From IMG/VR virus record IMGVR_UViG_3300016484_000799, positions 1 through 38,257 of that record: 38,257 nucleotides of DNA, one strand, 5' to 3'. The notes beneath the pieces were generated by a model. It was not told the DNA's origin, searched no databases, and worked only from the letters and a program-made list of their open reading frames with translations. Shown one piece after another: positions 32,987 through 38,257 of the stretch (the first letter of the stretch is position 1; the number at the start of each line of letters is the position of its first letter). Source of the DNA: a virus. The translations under genes and the position numbers were made by a program.

Positions 32987-35034
32987 GTGATGATATTAAA
33001 TTTAAATTTGATCTCGATGCCTCGGACGCCATTGGCGAAATAGAAAAGACAAAAGGCGCTCTTGATGCTCTTTCAAAAGGGGAGCAATTGCTCGGTCTTG
33101 CTTCTAAAATTGGAGGATTATTAGGGCCTCTTGGGTTGGTCGCGACGGCAGTCTTTGCCGTAAAGAAAGCGATGGACTTTGCCTGGGAGGGCGAGGAGTT
33201 AGAGAAAATAGATAGACAGTTTAATACGTTAGCAACAACGGCAGGACTCTCTGCTGAGGCTTTAAAGAGCGGAATAGAAAAAGCAACAAATGGATTTATG
33301 GGCTTGGATGATGCGATGAAACTTGCCAACAAGTCTATTTCTTTGCTTGGTGGAAATGCTGATAAAATACCAGTCATAATGCAACAAGCGAGGAATGCAT
33401 CTAAAGCTCTAGGAGTTGATTTTCAGATCTCGTTTGACGTAATGTCAATGGCTATAGCCACTGGCAACACGCGCATGCTTCGGCAAATAGGGATCACGCT
33501 TGACGCAAACGAGGCGATGAAAAAATACGCTCTTGCGCACAATACTGTAACAACGAGTTTAACTGAGTTTCAACGACAAGAAGCGATTGCAGATGCTTTA
33601 CTAGAAAAAACTGGGCAGAAATTTAAAAATATATCTTCTGATCATGAAACACTTCATACAGCATCTAGAAAGTTGTCTATAGCTTGGAAAGACTTAAACG
33701 ATACGATCTCAGTGTTTTTTTCAGAGAAGACATCCTCGGCATTTGCAAAGTCAGGTGGAGTGCTCACTTCTTTTTTAGACACCATTAATAAAATGTTAAA
33801 ACCGAAAATAACGGAAGGTGCGGAGAAGCAAAAAGCTGAAATAGAGCTATTAACTGAAAGTGTTGAGAAGTTAAAAAATACTTATTTATATTACAGTAAT
33901 TCAAAATCTGCTTACGACAAGGCTGAAGCTGCTAGTTACAAAATGAAGCTAGAGGCTGCGCAAAAAGAATTAGATATAAAGAAAGCGATCTTTGCTGCTG
34001 CTGAAGACGATGCGAGAAAGGCTGGCAGGACTTCTGGAAGTATTGATCCTAAAGTTCAGCAGCAGATACAGGCAAGCAAAGAACGAGCTGAAAGAGAAGA
34101 TGCGGAAAAGGAAAATCAAAGAAAAAATAATTTACTAAGAGAAACAAAATTCCAACAAGACATCACTGCGTTGAAACAATCTAACTTAGCAATTCAAATG
34201 AGTTTAGAAGACAACTATGATGCTTATGTTTCGGAGAAGAAAAAAGAATTACAATTATTAGACCTTGGATACGCTCAGAAAAAACAGGCATTAGAAAACG
34301 AAATGAAAATAAATGGTTTGCTTACGCAAGCTGAATTCAATCAAAGATCTTTACAGCTTGATGAAGAGCTGCGAATGAAGAAAAAAGAATTAAAAGACAA
34401 AGAGCAGCAAGATTTTATAAATGTACTTCAAAAGCAAGCTGAGAATTCGAAGACTTTTTATTCTGGATTTAAAAATCAAATGGAGCTAAGTGCGGCCCAG
34501 GCAAAGCAAGCTTATGAAAAAACTGGAGGTTACGGAGTCGCTGCTTTTAAAGGATTAGAACTTGGCGCGAAGAACGCTTTTAAGGCAATGGGCAAGGGAT
34601 CAGGCGACGCAGCGGAGCAAATGAAAAAAGCAATGCTTGGTTCAATTGCAGCTCAAGCAGAAGCTCAAGGTAGCATGTTTTTGTCTACTGGTTTAGCTCA
34701 CCTAGCGATGGGTGCACCAGGTGGTGCGGTGGAAGTTGCAGAAGGTGGTGCATTGTTAGCTCTTGCAGGTTTGTTAGAATCTCAGGCGGGAGGGGCTGGA
34801 GGTGGAAGCATCGGAGCTGGTTCATCAAGTGGATCTGCGTCCTCCCCTTCTTCCGGTCAAACATCTCCAATCGCTGCTCCAACGCCTTCCATTGCGCAAC
34901 AAGGAAAAGCTGTTACTCTTAATTTTTCTGGTTCATACTTTGAGACAGAGGCAACGCAAAGAAGGTTAGTTGACTTAATACGACAGGAAACAGATGCTAC
35001 TTCTTATCAATACAATCAAATTCCGGTGGTTTAA
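32983..35034 (+). CDS. Tape measure protein
   Basis: A 683-aa, highly helical, Ala/Lys/Glu/Gln-rich protein directly after the chaperone pair. It has an N-terminal hydrophobic segment and a Gly/Ser-rich C-terminus. Confidence 0.85.
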   Translation: MSDDIKFKFDLDASDAIGEIEKTKGALDALSKGEQLLGLASKIGGLLGPLGLVATAVFAVKKAMDFAWEGEELEKIDRQFNTLATTAGLSAEALKSGIEKATNGFMGLDDAMKLANKSISLLGGNADKIPVIMQQARNASKALGVDFQISFDVMSMAIATGNTRMLRQIGITLDANEAMKKYALAHNTVTTSLTEFQRQEAIADALLEKTGQKFKNISSDHETLHTASRKLSIAWKDLNDTISVFFSEKTSSAFAKSGGVLTSFLDTINKMLKPKITEGAEKQKAEIELLTESVEKLKNTYLYYSNSKSAYDKAEAASYKMKLEAAQKELDIKKAIFAAAEDDARKAGRTSGSIDPKVQQQIQASKERAEREDAEKENQRKNNLLRETKFQQDITALKQSNLAIQMSLEDNYDAYVSEKKKELQLLDLGYAQKKQALENEMKINGLLTQAEFNQRSLQLDEELRMKKKELKDKEQQDFINVLQKQAENSKTFYSGFKNQMELSAAQAKQAYEKTGGYGVAAFKGLELGAKNAFKAMGKGSGDAAEQMKKAMLGSIAAQAEAQGSMFLSTGLAHLAMGAPGGAVEVAEGGALLALAGLLESQAGGAGGGSIGAGSSSGSASSPSSGQTSPIAAPTPSIAQQGKAVTLNFSGSYFETEATQRRLVDLIRQETDATSYQYNQIPVV

Positions 35035-35799
35035 ATGGCGTTAAGAAATAAATCTCTTTTTTTGTATGGGTACGAAGTTACGACTGCAAATAGGTCTTTG
35101 GATTTCAGAACGACAAGCGGAGGTCCTATAAGACAAGCAACTTTGACGCTTGGTTCTTATAGTGCTACTACGCTGATCGCAGAAATAAAAAGGGCAATGT
35201 CAGCAGCGGATGCCTCATTTGTTTATTTCGTAACGCTTGATAGGAGCATTTCATCTGGACAAGAAAATAGGCTTACTATTGCAACAAGTGGTGTTTATCT
35301 CGACTTGCTTTTTTCTTCAGGGCCGAGAGCTTCATCCTCATGCGCATCACTTCTTGGTTTTGCTCTATCAGACAGGACAGGCGCTACGTCGTACACTGGG
35401 ACGATATCGACTGGAATTATATTAATATCTGAACTTGTAGCATATAATTATATCCCTCCATCAATGATGAATACAGTTTTCGGCTCGCTAAACGTAACGG
35501 CATCCGGCATAAAAGAAGCTATGGTTTGGGCAATACAAAAGTTTTTTCAAGTAGAATTTAGACTAGAGCCAGAATCAAAAGTTATTCTGCAATGGAGTCC
35601 ATTTTTTCAATGGGCTATTCAGCAAAAATATTTAGAGTTTACTCCAGATATTACAGCGCCATCATCTTTTTTTGAGTGCACACTCGAATCTACGCAAGCC
35701 GATGGCAAGGGAATGGGTTTTAAATTCGACGAGATGCTTCCAGACAATCCATTTTTTTACAAAACAGGACTTCTAAAATTTAGACAAAGGACAGCGTGA
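35035..35799 (+). CDS. Distal tail protein (Dit-like), putative
   Basis: It is the first gene after the tape measure gene (TAAATG junction) and encodes 254 aa. The assignment is positional. Confidence 0.5.
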   Translation: MALRNKSLFLYGYEVTTANRSLDFRTTSGGPIRQATLTLGSYSATTLIAEIKRAMSAADASFVYFVTLDRSISSGQENRLTIATSGVYLDLLFSSGPRASSSCASLLGFALSDRTGATSYTGTISTGIILISELVAYNYIPPSMMNTVFGSLNVTASGIKEAMVWAIQKFFQVEFRLEPESKVILQWSPFFQWAIQQKYLEFTPDITAPSSFFECTLESTQADGKGMGFKFDEMLPDNPFFYKTGLLKFRQRTA

Positions 35800-38257
35800 T
35801 GAGCGGAATAATTGACGGACAACAAGTTAACGCGACCGATTCGAATGCGGCTTGGCTTGCAAAAAATGGTGATGATACGACTATAGGTAGGGTTTCTTTA
35901 TCAAATACTGCTGCAGATAGCGGTAGTAATATTTCTAATGCGCAAAGAGAGTTTAACTCTCTTGCTTCAAAAATGGGTGTAGCAACGAATGAAGCCAAAG
36001 ACGCTCTTGTTAGCTTTACAAATAACGAGGGATTGACTGCATCCGAATCAATTAAGTCAAGAGTCGAAGAGTTAAGCGCATTCTTTAATCATTTAACTGG
36101 CCACAATCACGATGGCTCAAACGGTAGCGGAGCAAATATTAATTCTCAGAGCATAGGCTCTGTGATTTTAAAAGCGTGGATCATTCAAGGAACGCAGATA
36201 CCTACCATTAGTTCTGGATCTTCCTCTACAGATATTACGTCTTTAATGGGTGGGTTAACGGCATCAACAAACAGCGCCACGAAAGGCGTTGTCGTAAACT
36301 CCCCATATAATAAAGTTATACTTACCGATTCAAACGGTAACGAGATCATAAAACCCTTAACTGGAGAAGTTATTTATGGTCGAGTGACATATTCAGCAAG
36401 TATTTGGACTATATCTTACTATTACATAACCTCAGGAGTCGAAACGGCATTTACATTTGCAACTACTTACACAAATGTGCAGTGGTATTACCAAGATTTA
36501 ATTAATCCAATCAGCGACGCAGGTTTTGTTTATTCGCCACAGCTTTTTACTCCCTCAACCAATGCAACTGCTGAGGTTGTTGATGCATCTGCTACGCAAA
36601 GAGGTCTTGTAAATACTTCGGGACAAACTTTCGGTGGAGTAAAAACATTTTCGAACGGGATCATAAATGGTGGCACTATTGTAAATGATTTTGAAAATGA
36701 CTCAACAAGTGGTGCTCTAGTGACTCTTAACACTCCTGTGAAGGGCATTAAACGATTGACCAACGCGGGTTTGGTCTCGGTTCAAACGATAACCGCGCCA
36801 AGCAACAATCAATTTTTTGTACTGAGCAATAATTCAACTGGGACAATTATAATTAAAAACGGCACTGGCAATTTAATAACAGGAATTGGGATTGATCTAA
36901 ACTTGGTTAATGGTGCAAGTCTTTGGTTTTGGTTTGATACCGTGCTTAGTGCTTGGGTTTGTCTAGGTGGATCGGGATCTGGAGGAGTTGCGAGCGTCAC
37001 GGCTTCCGGTGTTGTAGCATCAAGCGGAGGCATCAATCCAAATATTTCAATTACGGCTGGGACGAATAAAAAAGTTCTCCAATCAAATTCTTCTGCTGCT
37101 GGTTGGGCAGAAATATTTTTGCTAGATCAATTTATATCTAATTATAATTTTGATAATGGCACAGTCTCAGGATGGGCGACTTATGCGGATGCTGCTGGGA
37201 CAACTCCGGTTGATGGCACTTTAGGAAGCCCGACACATATAAGCATAAGTGCTGTAGCTTCTACTTTTTTTAATGGTTCAACGGCTTTGCAGGTATCAAA
37301 CTCAGGCTCGACGTCGGCTCAAGGCGAAGGTTTTAGTTTTGATTTTTCACTGCCTGGAAGTTTAAAAACAAAAGTTCTAAAATTAGAAGCCTCTTATCTA
37401 GTGTCAAGCGGCACTTTCTCCGCTGGCTCAAATATTACTGATTCTGACTTGAAAATATTTGTTTATGATGTAACGAACGCAACATTAATCCATCCGAATA
37501 ATAATAAATTTCTATCTGCATCGACAAGTTTAGCAGGAAAAATCTCGTCAACATTTCAAGTCCCTTCTAACTCTACTTCATATCGATTGATTTTTCATGT
37601 GCCGACTACAAATACAGCAGCTTGGACTTTATTATTTGGGAACTTTTCTTTGCAAGAGCAAAAAAGCGTAGGAATAAATGGTCCGGCTATCGTTGATGCG
37701 ACAAGTGTAACAACTGTTTCAACGACTCCAACACAGCTTGCATTGACTTCAGTAACTGACAACACTGGCCTTCTTGCTTCAAATTCTGTAACGATAAAAG
37801 ACAATGGTTATTATGATATTTATAATAACATTCAAGTTTCTGGTACAGCGGCAGCCACGACAGGGGTGTCCTACATCTATTTAAACGGTGCGAGTATAAG
37901 ATCTATAACATCTAGCACAACAGCGGCTTCCCAAGTTACGACTTGCGAGTGTCGAGTAGTAAAGTTTCTAAAGTCTGGTGATGTTGTAACATTTTACGGA
38001 TCTTCTAGTGCGGCTGCTTCATCTAGCGCAAGTGTTGGTCTTGTTTCATACTCTGACGCAAAGTCTATTTCAGAATTTGACGGACGGTCGGTCTCTGAAA
38101 AATATTATTTAACTGCCAACTTCACATCATCGAGTACGATACCTTTTAACTTTGACGGTAAGGAGAGTTCTTCTCATGGATCAGTTACACCAAGCGCTAC
38201 AACATGGAAATTCATTGCTCCCTTTACTTTTGAATACACTGTAAAAATATATCTACA
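35799..38257 (+). CDS. 5' part of the long tail fibre / receptor-binding protein (about 1032 aa once joined to 1..890); includes a CBM-like domain
   Basis: ATG 35799 overlaps the TGA of the Dit-like gene. The frame has no stop up to the window end, and I checked this codon by codon from 36762 onward. NFDNGTVSGWATYADAAG...LIFHVPTTNTAAWTLLFGNFSL resembles a CBM4/9-type jelly roll. Confidence 0.85.
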   Translation, partial: MSGIIDGQQVNATDSNAAWLAKNGDDTTIGRVSLSNTAADSGSNISNAQREFNSLASKMGVATNEAKDALVSFTNNEGLTASESIKSRVEELSAFFNHLTGHNHDGSNGSGANINSQSIGSVILKAWIIQGTQIPTISSGSSSTDITSLMGGLTASTNSATKGVVVNSPYNKVILTDSNGNEIIKPLTGEVIYGRVTYSASIWTISYYYITSGVETAFTFATTYTNVQWYYQDLINPISDAGFVYSPQLFTPSTNATAEVVDASATQRGLVNTSGQTFGGVKTFSNGIINGGTIVNDFENDSTSGALVTLNTPVKGIKRLTNAGLVSVQTITAPSNNQFFVLSNNSTGTIIIKNGTGNLITGIGIDLNLVNGASLWFWFDTVLSAWVCLGGSGSGGVASVTASGVVASSGGINPNISITAGTNKKVLQSNSSAAGWAEIFLLDQFISNYNFDNGTVSGWATYADAAGTTPVDGTLGSPTHISISAVASTFFNGSTALQVSNSGSTSAQGEGFSFDFSLPGSLKTKVLKLEASYLVSSGTFSAGSNITDSDLKIFVYDVTNATLIHPNNNKFLSASTSLAGKISSTFQVPSNSTSYRLIFHVPTTNTAAWTLLFGNFSLQEQKSVGINGPAIVDATSVTTVSTTPTQLALTSVTDNTGLLASNSVTIKDNGYYDIYNNIQVSGTAAATTGVSYIYLNGASIRSITSSTTAASQVTTCECRVVKFLKSGDVVTFYGSSSAAASSSASVGLVSYSDAKSISEFDGRSVSEKYYLTANFTSSSTIPFNFDGKESSSHGSVTPSATTWKFIAPFTFEYTVKIYL
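38008..38257. repeat. Terminal direct repeat, copy 2 (identical to 1..250)
   Basis: Compared by eye with 1..250 and found identical. This implies a unique genome length of 38007 bp. Confidence 0.95.

Noticed and set aside
32967-33377. 136-aa minus-strand ORF
   Set aside because: It is antisense to the 5' end of the tape measure gene, and all flanking genes are on the plus strand and coupled.
35780-37804. Minus-strand ORFs 35780..35998, 36530..36763, 36809..37036 and 37595..37804
   Set aside because: All lie antisense within the uninterrupted junction-spanning fibre ORF.
1-38257. The 250-nt terminal repeat as a physical T7-like direct terminal repeat
   Set aside because: The repeat lies within coding sequence of a fibre gene, so it looks like an assembly overlap of a circular or permuted genome. 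This cannot be excluded without read-terminus data.
1-38257. A diversity-generating retroelement acting on the fibre genes
   Set aside because: I found no reverse transcriptase ORF. I also saw no template/variable repeat pair near either fibre C-terminus.
1-38257. tRNA genes, an integrase/attP, or a toxin-antitoxin pair
   Set aside because: The intergenic regions are short apart from 15599..15894 and showed no cloverleaf-like sequence. No tyrosine or serine recombinase motifs and no obvious toxin-antitoxin gene pair were seen. This is a by-eye assessment only.

Overview
The window is a complete, circularly closed tailed-phage genome. The first 250 nt are identical to the last 250 nt, so the unique length is 38,007 bp. 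The sequence is AT-rich, and AGGAG-type Shine-Dalgarno sites precede most genes. Its layout is siphovirus-like. (i) A rightward late block holds terS, a frameshifted terL, a Mu-F-like head morphogenesis protein, portal, protease/scaffold, decoration protein, major capsid protein and a strong terminator. It continues with head-tail joining genes, major tail protein, G/GT chaperones with a canonical -1 slippery site, tape measure, a Dit-like protein and a long fibre that runs across the contig junction. After the junction come more tail proteins, a glycine-rich protein, a C92 amidase and small membrane and lipoprotein genes. (ii) A leftward early block has a YqaJ exonuclease, eight small translationally coupled ORFs and a lysozyme-family endolysin. 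(iii) A rightward early block has an XRE regulator, a Sak4-like ATPase, an SSB-like protein, a VRR-NUC nuclease, an SF2 helicase and a TOPRIM primase-helicase. (iv) An iteron and microsatellite-rich intergenic region is followed by a lone minus-strand Dam-like methyltransferase that carries a 16-unit 9-nt in-frame tandem repeat. (v) A second fibre cassette sits just upstream of terS. I found no integrase, repressor/lysogeny module, DNA polymerase, tRNA, CRISPR array or reverse transcriptase. The points most worth follow-up are the +1 frameshift splitting terL in a prfB-like context, the tandem repeat inside the methyltransferase, the candidate origin, the fibre with three tandem jelly-roll domains, and the dispersed lysis functions. 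All functional calls come from motif recognition by eye, since no database search was possible.
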